This document shows positions 31,101-41,953 of a DNA stretch of 64,000 nt, in pieces. The notes beneath the pieces were generated by a model. The model saw only the letters and a list, made by a program, of their open reading frames with translations, was not told where the DNA came from and did no database searches. Position 1 is the first letter of the stretch. Every line of letters starts with the position of its first letter. The position numbers and the translations under genes are program-made. Origin of the DNA: Carpediemonas membranifera BICM (lineage: Eukaryota > Protista > Fornicata); assembly GCA_019828565.1 (NCBI GenBank), contig JAHDYR010000003.1, positions 372,001 through 436,000 of the forward strand. The letters are read 5' to 3'.

Positions 31101-34037
31101 AGTCACTTCGGCAGTGAGGTCCTCGTGGGAAGCAGCGCCTCCTTCGTATCGGCCAAGAGAGAACATAGAGATCTGTGTCGCGTCATGCGGCTCCTTGAAT
31201 GATATGATACGGCGGTTGGATAGTGCCTGGCGATTGAGATAAGAGGCTCCCTGCCGTTTCTTCGCCTTGATCGTCGTGCTCGAGACCATCTGACGGATGA
31301 GCCGACCTGGGATGTGGAGGAAGATGTTATAGTTCCTCTCCTGGAACTTACGGACGTAGTTGAATGACCGTTTCATCAAAAATATCTGGAGAATCACAAG
31401 GATCGCCATAGATACAATCCAGATCACCAAAAAGATCACAGCAGAAGTGTACCAGATTGTATCCAGTGCCTCAGCGATTGAATCAAGGACCCGGTCGAGG
31501 GTCAGGCGGAATTGCCTCGTGATATTGATGACAGAGATCTTGGCAGCAGTGAGGTCACCTGTCGCAGCGGCTCTCAGCATTATGACCAGCGACTGCCCAA
31601 ACGCCACCGGGCTGACGCGGCTGTACTGAAGGATGTCCGGTATGTCCCCAGTGTAGTCTGCAGACATGGTCCATGCATCGTTGAGCTTGGAGAAGACGTC
31701 AGAGGCAATGACTCCGATGACTGTGATGTCGACCGCACTGAGGCCATCCAGGGAGGAGTCAAAGGAGTCAACCGCGGAGTTGACGGACAGTTCAGTGGAG
31801 AACGACCCAGCGTCCCCGACGGAAGTGGTGGCTAGGAAAGATGCACGGGCAGCAGCGACAGATGCCTCCGCGGCGGAGTACTGAAGTGCCATCATCCGGC
31901 TGAGCAGCAGGTTAAGCACATGGAAGCAGAGGGTGGCCGCCACAAAGAGGATGCCGAGGGTAACCATGAGTGTGCAGGCAGACAGTTTCAGTCTCCGGAT
32001 GGTGCTGGACTGAATGGCCGCCCCATGGACGCTCAGGACCTGACCCACGGTCTGGGCGTTGTGGATGGTCGACTGGGCGAGTGACTCACCGTCCGAGTCA
32101 TCTCGGGGCGAGTGGATGGTCTCATTCCTGTTCTCGGCCGAAATCTGATCCGCGATCTCTCGCAGCTTCTCTGCGATGTCAGCCTCCTGCTTGACGTTGG
32201 CCAGGAACTCGGCGTAGTGCTTGATGAGGTGGACGCGGTGGGGGAATGCCCGCAGCACCTCGATGAACAGATGGTCCGCCTGGGACGACTGGGCGTAGAT
32301 GTTCTCGGCCACCCGAGCCAGGTCCTCCGCCCGAGGGTTCTTCGAGTCGAGAGTCTTCCAGAACTGGTGGATGGACCTCCTGGCGCCCTGGGCCAGCACC
32401 TTAGCCTGCCGCTCCTTGTTGTGGAGTTCAGTCAGCTCATCAGAGGTGAAGCCGGTCTCCTGCCGCTGCTTGAGCCGGTTAGCCTCACATCGGACGGCGA
32501 CAAGCATTCCGAGCTCGGCAAACCCGAGAGCTCGAAGGGCACCTCGTTGGATCAATCTCGGTGTCCGCCATATGTCAAAGAGGGCTGCGTCGTGACTGGA
32601 ATCAACATGGATTGAAAATAAGATCTGATGTATCCGACCTGAAGCTGATCTGGTCCTGGCCGCTGCAAGTTGAGTCAATCTAAAGAGTTGGGCGATTAGT
32701 CCTGCCCTAGTCTTGTCAGCCCTGACCGTAGGAGAGGTCACTGATAGCATGTCAAAGCGGTCGGTGTTGTGCTTGATCTTGGCTCTGAACAACCCTCTAA
32801 ACTGCACTTGTAAGAACACGAACTGCATGAGCGAGACGATTCCGATGTCTGGTGGCATGTCATCGTGCTCTAAGGGGATTATACCAGACGTCATGGACTG
32901 CGTCTGAGTCCGCGAGTCCTGCTTGAGTACACCGGATGAAACCCTTGACAAGCCGAGCACGTCAACGGGCGGCTCGGAGTATCTCTTGAACAAAGCAAGC
33001 AGGATGAGGATCTTGAGGCCACATAGGATGACTGCACCGACCACCGCGAAGGCCACACCGAGAATGGCGAGAGATGTGCCCATGACGGAGGTCACGGCGA
33101 CCATAGCCGGCAGCAGGGCGAGCCACACCGCAGTGCCCCAACGTAGGAGGCCGGCGTGGGGAGGGATAGCAACCAGCAAGGCAGTGCTGGCGATGCTGAG
33201 GATGCAGATGACGCATGCGGGGATCAGTGGGCCAATAGAGAGGCCGAGGCCCGCCGCCGCAGTGGTTTGAACGACCGCGACCGCCTCAGCGAGCAGAGGA
33301 ACGATGAATATGGTCTTCGTGGGGAAGTCAACGAACCTTAGAGAAGTGGATGAGACTGTCTCGCTGAAGTGGGCGAGGCGAACCAAGACTGTGAAGACTG
33401 CAAGGACCCCGAGCGCCAGACGGCACAGTACAGAGGCGATGGTGACAAAGTACCAGGCGAAGTCTAACGCTACTAGATCAGCGAGCTCGGCGCCGTCCTT
33501 GAGGAGGGGTGCTGCCAGGAGCTGCGAGCACGGGACGAGGAGGGGGCCTGCGAGAACTCGGAGGAGCGTGTCGAGCAGGGATATTCGTCGCAGGGGGCGG
33601 CCATTGGTGTTGAGGAGAAGCTCCAGCGCGAGCCATGCGAGTGCGAATATGATGAGGCCAGCCAATGCGACGCTGGCACTTATGACCATGGTGGTGTTGG
33701 CACCGATGTATGTGAGTGGTAAAAGGAAACGTATAATCGTAAAGAGCATGCGATCGCGGTGCTTGACGTCAGGGGAGAGGCTGATCGCGACGATAAAGAC
33801 GGGAGTAACAATGTTGAAAACTCGAAGCAATCTGCGCCATTTCCATTGGCGACTGCGCACAGATGAGACATAGAAGCAAAGGCGCTTCTGAAAAATGTTC
33901 AGATCAAGCGGAGAGAGGAAGCCAATAGCTCCAGTCTGCATACGAGACGAGTTACGGGATGTCGAAGCAATCGACCGAGTATGGGGAGAGTCTATGAAGC
34001 TATCAAAGCGTTTGGACGACATTCCCGAGCCGTTCAT
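28176..34037 (-). CDS. TmcB/TmcC-like (tiny macrocyst) multipass membrane protein (start uncertain, up to 34181)
   Basis: N-terminal TM bundle, FWKTL...A..LF..VL..FP....LIKHYAEFL..V repeat, C-terminal RRLSDDEAMVRGLLTMIP. Confidence 0.65.
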   Translation of the reverse strand: MNGSGMSSKRFDSFIDSPHTRSIASTSRNSSRMQTGAIGFLSPLDLNIFQKRLCFYVSSVRSRQWKWRRLLRVFNIVTPVFIVAISLSPDVKHRDRMLFTIIRFLLPLTYIGANTTMVISASVALAGLIIFALAWLALELLLNTNGRPLRRISLLDTLLRVLAGPLLVPCSQLLAAPLLKDGAELADLVALDFAWYFVTIASVLCRLALGVLAVFTVLVRLAHFSETVSSTSLRFVDFPTKTIFIVPLLAEAVAVVQTTAAAGLGLSIGPLIPACVICILSIASTALLVAIPPHAGLLRWGTAVWLALLPAMVAVTSVMGTSLAILGVAFAVVGAVILCGLKILILLALFKRYSEPPVDVLGLSRVSSGVLKQDSRTQTQSMTSGIIPLEHDDMPPDIGIVSLMQFVFLQVQFRGLFRAKIKHNTDRFDMLSVTSPTVRADKTRAGLIAQLFRLTQLAAARTRSASGRIHQILFSIHVDSSHDAALFDIWRTPRLIQRGALRALGFAELGMLVAVRCEANRLKQRQETGFTSDELTELHNKERQAKVLAQGARRSIHQFWKTLDSKNPRAEDLARVAENIYAQSSQADHLFIEVLRAFPHRVHLIKHYAEFLANVKQEADIAEKLREIADQISAENRNETIHSPRDDSDGESLAQSTIHNAQTVGQVLSVHGAAIQSSTIRRLKLSACTLMVTLGILFVAATLCFHVLNLLLSRMMALQYSAAEASVAAARASFLATTSVGDAGSFSTELSVNSAVDSFDSSLDGLSAVDITVIGVIASDVFSKLNDAWTMSADYTGDIPDILQYSRVSPVAFGQSLVIMLRAAATGDLTAAKISVINITRQFRLTLDRVLDSIAEALDTIWYTSAVIFLVIWIVSMAILVILQIFLMKRSFNYVRKFQERNYNIFLHIPGRLIRQMVSSTTIKAKKRQGASYLNRQALSNRRIISFKEPHDATQISMFSLGRYEGGAASHEDLTAEVTVEGDGPTTLDTVSTATDEIGKFSSDEDDDEGEALRMNQEKAIDILDNPVLTLEVNPLEGVDLAEVARTLAKQHGSLRLRLRFIWVALILMLVMGISLLCLLVGASIVLVTLYPQLTSSFTTANDIVTRLEHLQDLVDQRTWSAMRFAQGPYLDAESIHWAVRDAREDVTEAIELSVESHSIQDNLLAALNAESAAEYIETNSVLLARSAWGYNLGTRCQLTDYSYDITTETTYSSDHTTYYTERAQYGYYSDSAADLELDSDTKSSIAQAVMADSKYWKFKDTSADAIDDVKSYLLDRSKSEVESLVTEQSIVLTVQNNSLRILLGLRVVATTVLIVALLINVRLKVIDFRRLDVLREMYRMSSESAQLDDPMHTDTGMSSATTSASNLSLRSSVSRASAASAASITSRGSKHSVSLSIGSLMRSASEVTCVDGDGDTNAGFVRKMRTLSQNLFLNVIAMIVVMFCISIALNSIALAIAENIATMTLEANDNNQIKHDYLRDTSDFHTTVRQTLKTARLFAQRFKTADLYTLKSILAEDPTLFVNNYEVDDDFAATAESLQRSWADVVHIVRVSAQLGIWAASIPDSVAGSMDGYAFNITAETGSAHLSILYPDRMVYSNTASDEILSRGEQAALARSLLFDAYFAELVDSIYDCSNKLSTELSSVIDTAVTDTWSRTIVQIFLFLVFLASILGTYYMFCRSVLKIATPPALQSINVVRQQVSLLRLRRFEQISTGTLTGIAFLFTAFVSYTLIVYLPITQSAAIPIEGARAADVFNAASLLVGVASSPTTSTSDYARVTSRVREIDRAAISLSDSNTLALFADAFPDRSDDREISSPIECGGTTPREALAVFKNAVSSLDPDFGSCVCVDGTQSADFANALGVAQALAELYSSNMASLHRLVQAVHYVYWVGQAPILVICLVSLIVVYRLAFVPIFRRLSDDEAMVRGLLTMIPKDQVVPDTLLGDFLGVEKR

Positions 34038-34368
34038 GTCGTTGGCGCTTCTGTAAGGCTTGAACGCGCTGATCGCGATAAGTGCAGAATAAAAACTGGG
34101 CGAAGAAAGTGACGGTCGACTCTGACGTGTCGTATGCCTCTTTGCTGGGAAGGAGGTTGGTGCCACTGGGATCACTGCCATTTGACCTGGCCCAATTGTG
34201 TCTGGTTTCAAAGCTGCGAACGGAATGAAAGAGACAAGATGCGAAAGCCTTGAAATGAAGAATAGAGGCAGGAGTCCGGCTCAAAAGTACGTGTTCCCCC
34301 TGATTGAGTGGCCAATATGTTTTGCCAGATTAGGTCTCGTCGCTGCTCGGTGCAATACATCCGACGTA

Positions 34369-34778
34369 ATGTCCGACCCCGTCCAGATTGGTACTGCTTT
34401 CGTGAAGTTCTACTATCAGACATTCGATACTGACCGGGCAAACCTCGCGAGCCTCTACGTTCGTTCCGCCGCCGATCTTTTCTCACACAGCAGGCCAACT
34501 CCATGCTCACGTTCTCTGGCGCTCAAGCTATGGGGTCTGCGGCCATTATGGAGAAGCTCACCTCGCTTTCTTTCCGCAAGGTCCAGCACGACGTCGAGGG
34601 CCTCAACATCAACATCCAGCCCACCGTCAACGACAGCATCCTTGTCTTCGTCTCCGGCCAGCTCATCGCCGATGATGACAGCGATCACCCCATGATGTTC
34701 TCGCAGGTGTTCACACTGTGCCCGTCCAACGGCCAGTGGTTCATCCTCAACGATATCTTCAACCTCTCATTCCTGTAA
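34369..34778 (+). CDS. NTF2: Nuclear transport factor 2 (intron 34459-34490)
   Basis: IGTAFVKFYYQTFDTDRANLASLY|QANSMLTF...ILVFVSGQL...FSQVF...WFILNDIF. Confidence 0.9.
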
Positions 34779-35020
34779 AGGGATCGTAAATGCTTATAGA
34801 ATAGCTTAGGCAGGGTGTTGATGGTGTTGACTGGTAGTGCCCTTGGTGAACTAGCCTTGGGCAGTGAGAGGTGAGGTCGGCGGCATGCTTTTCCAAATCG
34901 ATTATTTTGAATGATCGACCATTTCACGCTAATACGCACTGTAAGAGCCACAAGCCGGATGATTTCTATTCTCATCAAATGATGAATTGCATAAACTGCG
35001 AAATTTCTCTTGATCTCAAA

Positions 35021-35363
35021 ATGGCTGAAGAAGAGCGCCCCGGCGAAAACGAAATCGTCCCTCAAACCGTATGTTCCATTTACCTTCATTACGCAGGAAG
35101 TTGCGGATGCTAACGAGAACACTGCGAGCAGCCAGCTGAACCTTCAAGTTCTTCCCACCAGAACATATCTTGATCAGACTGTGGTACCTGTATTGCTTCA
35201 GGGCCTTTCTGCTCTTGTTCAGGAGCGTCCTCCGAACCCCATTGAGTATCTTGCAGCTTTCCTCATGAGGCACTCCGACCAGACCAAGAAGGAGGAAGTC
35301 CACGATGACGAGCCGTCTGACGATGAGGAGGCTGATGCTGCGGATGAGAAGATCGCTGAATAA
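35021..35363 (+). CDS. DPY30: Dpy-30 motif protein (intron 35069-35096)
   Basis: [38 protein letters not shown]. Confidence 0.85.
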
Positions 35364-35561
35364 ATTGCCACACTATCCATAGGATCGCACAGTTTGAAGA
35401 CACTGAGCGAAGAACAAGATCGTACTTCCAGCATCATGAGCATGAACATATGAGCATTAGGCTGTACTCGAGCACTACGAAGCATGAGAGAGTGCTTACC
35501 AGACCCATGCGCAGTCGAAATTCGGGCAAATTCTGGAGACGAGAGCCGGAGCTGGAACTGA

Positions 35562-37192
35562 ATGAGTAACGACGATTCAGACGTATTGAATCTCAACAAT
35601 ATTCTGAATCAAGCCCTAAAGCTGTCATCTGAGGGTGTTTGTATTCCATTCCTTCCTCCTTCATGCTCACACAGAAGATCACCGTCAAAAACACCTGGAA
35701 TCTCAGTTTAATCGAGCATATTGACGAGGTTCTCAATCTAGACGTCTCAAATGACGCAACAGACAACACATTCCAGCGGGCAAGTGCCACCATCGACGCT
35801 AGCGTCAAGATCTACTCCACACGTGTGGACGCCATCCACAAGGAGACGTACTCCCTGCTGGGTGGGCTGAACATCAACAGCCGTGCCACCCTCGACGAGG
35901 ATGAAGACGAAGTGAAGGATGAAAACGGAGAGCCAACTGTCACCCGCCGTACCCGCACAATTCGCCCCGCCCTCGAGCAAGACCCCGCAAAGTTGCTCAT
36001 GGACCTCACTGTGGATCCTAATATAGGTGAGATGGAGCGTCAGGCCAAGCTCTGCGGCGACTCATCAGCGGCCAACAACCTGGTAATGGCCCGCTTCCCC
36101 ATTCTCGCCGACCCTGTGCCTGTGCTCGATCCAAGAAACGCCACCATAGTATTCGCTATAGATGAGATGCAGATCGCCCCTGGTGAGATGGCAGGCGGCT
36201 CTTTTGAGTTCGTGGGATCCCTCTTTTCCGCTGTCGAGGAGGCACTTTACGGGGCTCGCCAGGATGACTCTGGCGAGGTCGCTGAGCAATATGCTTCCCT
36301 TGCCATGGACAACGGTCCCGACTCAGACTCCGACGACGATGCAGGCGTCGCGCCAGACTTCGACGCCGACTTTGGCGATGCCGAGGGCGACTGGACAATA
36401 GGCAATGCAGTCGAGGCGGCCCTTAACGTGGCATCCCCTGGTGGGATCACCTCCATGGCGACGATGGTGACGCTGCCGGAGACCTCGACGACTGCCTGGG
36501 CGGAGGTCTGGAAAAACCCGGTGAAGATCACTGCTGCTAAGACAAAGACTGCGGGCAAGGCTGCTGCAAAGGCATCGGCCCCCACAGTGGCGTGGGAGGA
36601 GGCCGTGCCCCTCAAGATGATGGCTCGTGCAACGAAGACTGCAGCCAAGACACACGGTGAGAGCAATTGGGCGCCCAGGACAGCCTCCACGTTCAATCCT
36701 CAGCGGCTGACCAAGATGGGTTTCATCCGCCGTCACGCAGTATACCACGGCGCTGTTGCTCGCCAGGCCGACCAAGGATACGGTTGGCCTGGGGACGATG
36801 ACGCTGGCATGGATGAGGTTGAGGCCCTCATCAACGACCTCGACCTGGCCCCGGCAGACACAGACTCCGACTCGGACCTCGAGTTCGGACTGGAGGTGCC
36901 TGACAGCTTTGAGGGCGGGGCAGACGGTGTGGGTCTCGGGGTGACAGCGGCAAGGAAGCAGGTCGACCTGCACCGACTGAAGGTCTCCATGGCCGCCGAG
37001 TTTGACCAGAAGCCGGGAGAGTCAGCGTTTAGCGGCATGATGATGCGAATGCCGGAGATCCACAAGTTCAGCGACTGCGACGCCGTGAGCGTGCCCATCG
37101 CTTTCGTCACCCTCCTCCACCTGTGCAACGACAGAGGGATCATGTTGGAGAATTCTGGGGATGATGTGAAGATTATTGCGCCCGAAAATTAA
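35562..37192 (+). CDS. NCAPH: Condensin I kleisin subunit CAP-H/Brn1 (intron 35637-35674)
   Basis: LKLSSEG|KITVKNTWNLSLIEH, FQRASATIDASVKIYSTRVD, C-terminal SVPIAFVTLLHLCND. Confidence 0.88.
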
Positions 37193-37431
37193 GCAGGACC
37201 TTTTATAAACATGCAGGCAGCTCTTTATTTGTGATTCCTTGGAACAGTGAGTAAAGAGAATAATGCGGCATTGCCATGGCTCATTGGGTGGTTTAGCAGT
37301 CCCAATCCATGTATGGCGCAAAAAAAGTGACGTTCCTCGCCCCCAGTCGCTTTGTTTTTCTTGATGTACTCACTCGGCCAAACTCAGCAAAATGCACAGT
37401 CGTCGGAGTCACAAGTTCGAGCTTTTTGCTT

Positions 37432-40335
37432 ATGGCTGATACAGACGCTACTGTACCTCATGAGCCTCCGAAGGTTACTGAAGAGGTTCGTACAAGCCAC
37501 TCTCCTGCTCCCGAGTTCCAAACCATCCGTTCTTCTCCGACTCCCGATAAGCTAACCACGCTTGAGATCGAAGAGGAGCAGGGGAACCAATTCATGCGTA
37601 TTATGGGCCTTGTTTTCGGCCCCTTCCTCCGCGAGTGCTGGGCCATTTTGATCCAGACAGTTTTTCTTCTCGTGAAGGACGCACTAGTCTCCATCCGCAG
37701 TGTTGGTGCCACGGCGTTCCATATTCTCAACCCTATCCTCTTCATTTTCGCGGTGTGGGTCATCCAGCAAGCCCTTGCCGCTTTCGACCTTTTCCCCGCC
37801 AGCTATGGCAGCGACGACAAGTTCTCCGTCGACTACCAAGCCTACGACGTCCCTGTCTGCACTCCCGGCTCCTCTGGCAACTGCTACACCCTCATGGCTA
37901 TCCCTAGTACCTCCACGTACACGTCCCTCCTCACTGAGTTTGCCAGCTACGCCGGCCTGCCTGCTGCCACTGTTGCCCCCGTCAACGACGACATCACCGA
38001 CGCCGCCTCTTTTGACAGCTATATGAGCTCCGAAGAGAAACGCAACTCGACGCTCTTTGCCGTTGAGTTCACATCCTACGACCTGGCCGGAGCGGGTGTC
38101 GAGTACGTTCTGCACTACGACCAGAACTACTGGACTTGTTCTTCCATGTCCGCGTCCGAATGCACCTCCCCCTACGAGTGGCTGGAGCTCCCCATGCTCA
38201 ACGCCCTCGACGCTTTCTTCGCTGGCAAGATCACGGGCCTTGATGTCACTTTCGACCTTGGCGACAACCTCTTACCCCCGCACCCCGGTCAGGATGACTT
38301 CCAGATCTTCTCTGTCTTCGGCTCCATGGTCCTCTTCGCTATTTTCTCGATCCACACTGTCATTTTCAGCGCCCAGATCGTCACTGAGAAGGAAAACAGA
38401 ATCCGCGCCTACATGAAGGTCGTCGGTCTCCGTACCATCTCCTACTGGGCTTCGTTTATCATTTACATGTCGGTTATCATCACTCTTAACATCATTGTTC
38501 TGATTATCTCCGGCTGGTGCTTCCGTTTCCGCATGTTCACCGAGACGAACGTGCTTCTTTTGTTTGTTTGCTTTGCAACGTACGGCTACTCGATCATTGC
38601 TCTCTGCATCCTCATCGCCGCCGTTGTCAAGACCTCCCGCCTGGCTTCCCTCGCCTCCTTCGCCTTCCTCATTGTCTCGTGCGTCCTCGCGCCCATGGCA
38701 TCCGGCCTCCTCTTCGCCATCCTCCAGAACGACGATACTCCCGTGAACAACGTCGTTATGAAGATCCTCGAGGCCATCTCCCCCCTTCTTTTCTACCAGA
38801 ACGTCGAGAAGCTCAACGCCGTCTCGGATGGTGTGTCGGACCCACTTACTTTCTCCGACCTCGAATGGACTAACGACACTGAGGAGGTTACTTTCCTCCG
38901 CGGGAACGTGCTCATGATCGTTTATTCCACGATCTACTTCATCGTCGCCTTCTACCTCGACTCGATCAGCGACGCCAACGGTGTCGGGAAGCACCCACTC
39001 TGGCCTCTCATCCCTTGGAAGGTCTTCACGTTCCTCGAGCCCCTCGTCAACCGCTACTGGAACCGGATCCGCGGCCGCATCCACATCCCCCTGCTCTCTG
39101 AGCCCGCCTGGCCGCCCCTCGACGACGAGGACATCCACGCCGAGGTCCGCGCCGTCCACGAGGCCGGCCCCGACACGCCCCTGGTCGTCAAGGACCTCGT
39201 CAAGCGTTTCCGCAAGTTCCCTGTGGTCCGGTCCCCCAAGGACTTCGTCGCCGTCAAGGGCATGAACATGATGGTCAAGCCCAACGAGCTGCTTTGCCTG
39301 CTCGGCCCCAACGGTGCCGGCAAGACCACCACCATCTCCATGATGTCTGGCCTCTTCGCCCCCACCGCCGGCGACGGCCTCGTCTACGGCCGCTCGATCT
39401 CGACCGAGATGCACGTCGTCCGGAAGATGACCGGCATGTGCCCCCAGCACGACGTCTGCACCTTCCAGCAGCTCACCGCCTCCGAGCACATCATGCTCTT
39501 CGCTGCCATCAAGGGCCTCTCCATCCGCCAGCTCCGCCGTGAGATCAAGGACCGCATTGCTGATGTCAACCTCCAGGACCAGGCCCGCTCCCGCGTGTCC
39601 TCCTTCTCTGGTGGCATGCGCCGCCGTCTGTCGATCGCCATCTCCCTTATCGGATCTCCCCGCCTCATCTTCCTCGACGAGCCCACCACCGGCCTCGACC
39701 CGGTCGTCCGTGCGGCGATCTGGGCCATCATCATGAAGCAGAAGGAGCAGTCCGCCATCGTCCTCACCACCCACTCTATGGAGGAGGCTGACGTCCTCGG
39801 TGACCGCATCGCCATCATGGCGTTCGGCCGTAACCGCTGCATCGGCACGTCCATCCGCCTCAAGACCCGCTTTGGCGCCGGCTACAAGATCGTCCTGTCA
39901 CCCAAGGACGCTGTCGAGGCTGACATGGCCACTGTTTGCCGGGAGCTGTACCAGCAGATCGCCCAGTCGGTCCCTGAAGTCGTCCTCGACTCTGTTGACC
40001 AACGCACCATGCATATAAGCCTCCCAAAGGAAGCTAACGACCGTGTGCCCGAGCTCCTGGCCGCCATTGAGGCTATCAAGGCCCGCATTGGGGATATGGC
40101 CATCGAGCTCTCCACCCTTGAAGACGTTTTCATCACTGTCGCCAAGACCTCCCAGGCCGAGGAGTTCGGCAGCGACGACAAGGACGACCTGCCCGACGCC
40201 TCTGTTGACCTGAGCGCGAGCCAGACACCATACAATGGCCGCTCTGAGCACCCATCGATGGGCAACATGGCGCCCAGCCCTGCATGGCAGAGCGACCACG
40301 ATCTGGAGACCATCCAGAGCTCAGACGAGGCTTGA
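37432..40335 (+). CDS. ABC transporter subfamily A, half-size (TMD-NBD)
   Basis: IVTEKENRIR..MKVVGL, Walker A LLGPNGAGKTT, GMCPQHD, FSGGMRRRLS, LDEPTTGLDP, LTTHSMEEAD, LKTRFGAGY. Confidence 0.92.
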   Translation: MADTDATVPHEPPKVTEEVRTSHSPAPEFQTIRSSPTPDKLTTLEIEEEQGNQFMRIMGLVFGPFLRECWAILIQTVFLLVKDALVSIRSVGATAFHILNPILFIFAVWVIQQALAAFDLFPASYGSDDKFSVDYQAYDVPVCTPGSSGNCYTLMAIPSTSTYTSLLTEFASYAGLPAATVAPVNDDITDAASFDSYMSSEEKRNSTLFAVEFTSYDLAGAGVEYVLHYDQNYWTCSSMSASECTSPYEWLELPMLNALDAFFAGKITGLDVTFDLGDNLLPPHPGQDDFQIFSVFGSMVLFAIFSIHTVIFSAQIVTEKENRIRAYMKVVGLRTISYWASFIIYMSVIITLNIIVLIISGWCFRFRMFTETNVLLLFVCFATYGYSIIALCILIAAVVKTSRLASLASFAFLIVSCVLAPMASGLLFAILQNDDTPVNNVVMKILEAISPLLFYQNVEKLNAVSDGVSDPLTFSDLEWTNDTEEVTFLRGNVLMIVYSTIYFIVAFYLDSISDANGVGKHPLWPLIPWKVFTFLEPLVNRYWNRIRGRIHIPLLSEPAWPPLDDEDIHAEVRAVHEAGPDTPLVVKDLVKRFRKFPVVRSPKDFVAVKGMNMMVKPNELLCLLGPNGAGKTTTISMMSGLFAPTAGDGLVYGRSISTEMHVVRKMTGMCPQHDVCTFQQLTASEHIMLFAAIKGLSIRQLRREIKDRIADVNLQDQARSRVSSFSGGMRRRLSIAISLIGSPRLIFLDEPTTGLDPVVRAAIWAIIMKQKEQSAIVLTTHSMEEADVLGDRIAIMAFGRNRCIGTSIRLKTRFGAGYKIVLSPKDAVEADMATVCRELYQQIAQSVPEVVLDSVDQRTMHISLPKEANDRVPELLAAIEAIKARIGDMAIELSTLEDVFITVAKTSQAEEFGSDDKDDLPDASVDLSASQTPYNGRSEHPSMGNMAPSPAWQSDHDLETIQSSDEA

Positions 40336-40575
40336 GTGAGTAAAGTTTGTTTTTAATCCATGGCTGAGGTTGGTCTTATTCTTTTGGGGTGAATCTCTTC
40401 GACAGTAATCTCTTGTCAAGAATCGTTCGTTTGGCCAGACAGTCAATATGTCTGACTGGTAGAAGTCTTGCAAGAAGCGAACGATGTGTGATCTGTTCAA
40501 GGTCGACCCGCGTCCAAGAGAGTCGATGTCAGCACTGTTATGTTCGTGAGATTAGATAAACTACCCCATTTATAT

Positions 40576-41595
40576 TCAAAGCTTGAGATACTTGAACTTG
40601 TACGGCACGAGAAGGTTCGCACCAAACTGCTTGAGCAGGTCGATGCCGCGAACCTCAGATGTCCTCAAGGGCATGCGGACAACATGGAAATCCTCCTCGT
40701 ATAGGTCCCGGATCTGTTGCAGGTACTTGCCCTGCATCGAAGCGCGGGCACGGCAATTCTCGCATTGACTGTCGTCGTTGGCATCGAGAAGCTGGTTGAC
40801 AATAATGTGAGCAACATCGATCTCGCGCTTAGTAAGCTCCTGAACGAGCCGCTCGGTCTCATAGAGTGACAGGAACTCTGGGATGCAGACGCAGACGAAC
40901 GAGGTGCGGGCAGGATCCTTAAACTGCGTCTGGACAGTCTGGATGACCTCCAACATCTTGTCTGTGGCCTCGAAAGCACTAGTGATGTCATCCTGATCGA
41001 CACCAGCGACACCGGCGACAGTCCCGATGATCCCACCGGCACTTGAGCGGACAGACTGGAAAAGCTTCAGCGCCTTGATTGCGGCGTCGGGGAAGGACAT
41101 GAGGCGGAGCGTGTGGCCTGTAGGGGCGGTGTCGAACACTATGGTCTCGTAGTCCATGCGGTTGACGGCTACGAGGAGCTGGGCGAAAGACATGATCTCA
41201 TCAATGCCGGGGATGGCGTCGGCATTCCCAGAGAGCATGGAAAGAGCCTTGCTGATAATCTCGGGCTGGTTGCGACCGATTTGCTCAGCAGACTTCTCGC
41301 GGACGACCTGAGCGGGCGACACTTCCATGGCAAAGAGGTTGTCGAACCCCTGAACCTGAACGGGGTCCTTGCCGAAGCGCTGATTGAACGCGTCGGACAG
41401 GTTGTGAGCAGGATCAGTGGAGATAATAAGCACCTTGGACTTCTTGGCCGCCAGCTGGACAGCGAGAGAGCAGGAGGTGGTAGTCTTGCTGTGTGAGCAT
41501 TAGGAGAGGTGAACGAACCCAACACCGCCCTTACCGCCGACAAATATCCATCTCATATCCTTTGAGTCTACTAGTTCCTGAAGAGAAGGCTCCAT
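40576..41595 (-). CDS. GET3: GET3/ASNA1 (ArsA family) ATPase (intron 41489-41518)
   Basis: [11 protein letters not shown]|[50 protein letters not shown], CxxC. Confidence 0.93.
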
Positions 41596-41953
41596 TCCGT
41601 CTATCAATTTGGTTTGTGGGTGCAGGCTAAGAGATGAATCCGGGTGCTATTGAAGGGTCAAACAATGTGTTTATACTGCGCAACACTGCCCTGTCTCCCT
41701 CCTACTCACGTCTTAAGTCGGTAGGGAGATCGTCTTCTCCAGGGCTTCCACAAAGCGTCTTCTTCGTGGACGTCAGCACAGCTGCAAACATCACAATCGC
41801 TCACACGTCGTCTCATTGTCTTCTATTCCACATTAAATTCACTTCTACACTTGTATATGCTGGTAATGGTGTTCATCGTCGGTTCTCATATGTCATCTAG
41901 TTAGCTAGCCGTTGTCATATATGACCAGCTGCACACCTGTAGTGCGCAACAAG

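Noticed and set aside
38272-39774. 500-aa antisense ORF within the ABCA gene (and many similar shadow ORFs)
   Set aside because: Mirror frame of a gene with strong third-position C bias; no domain features
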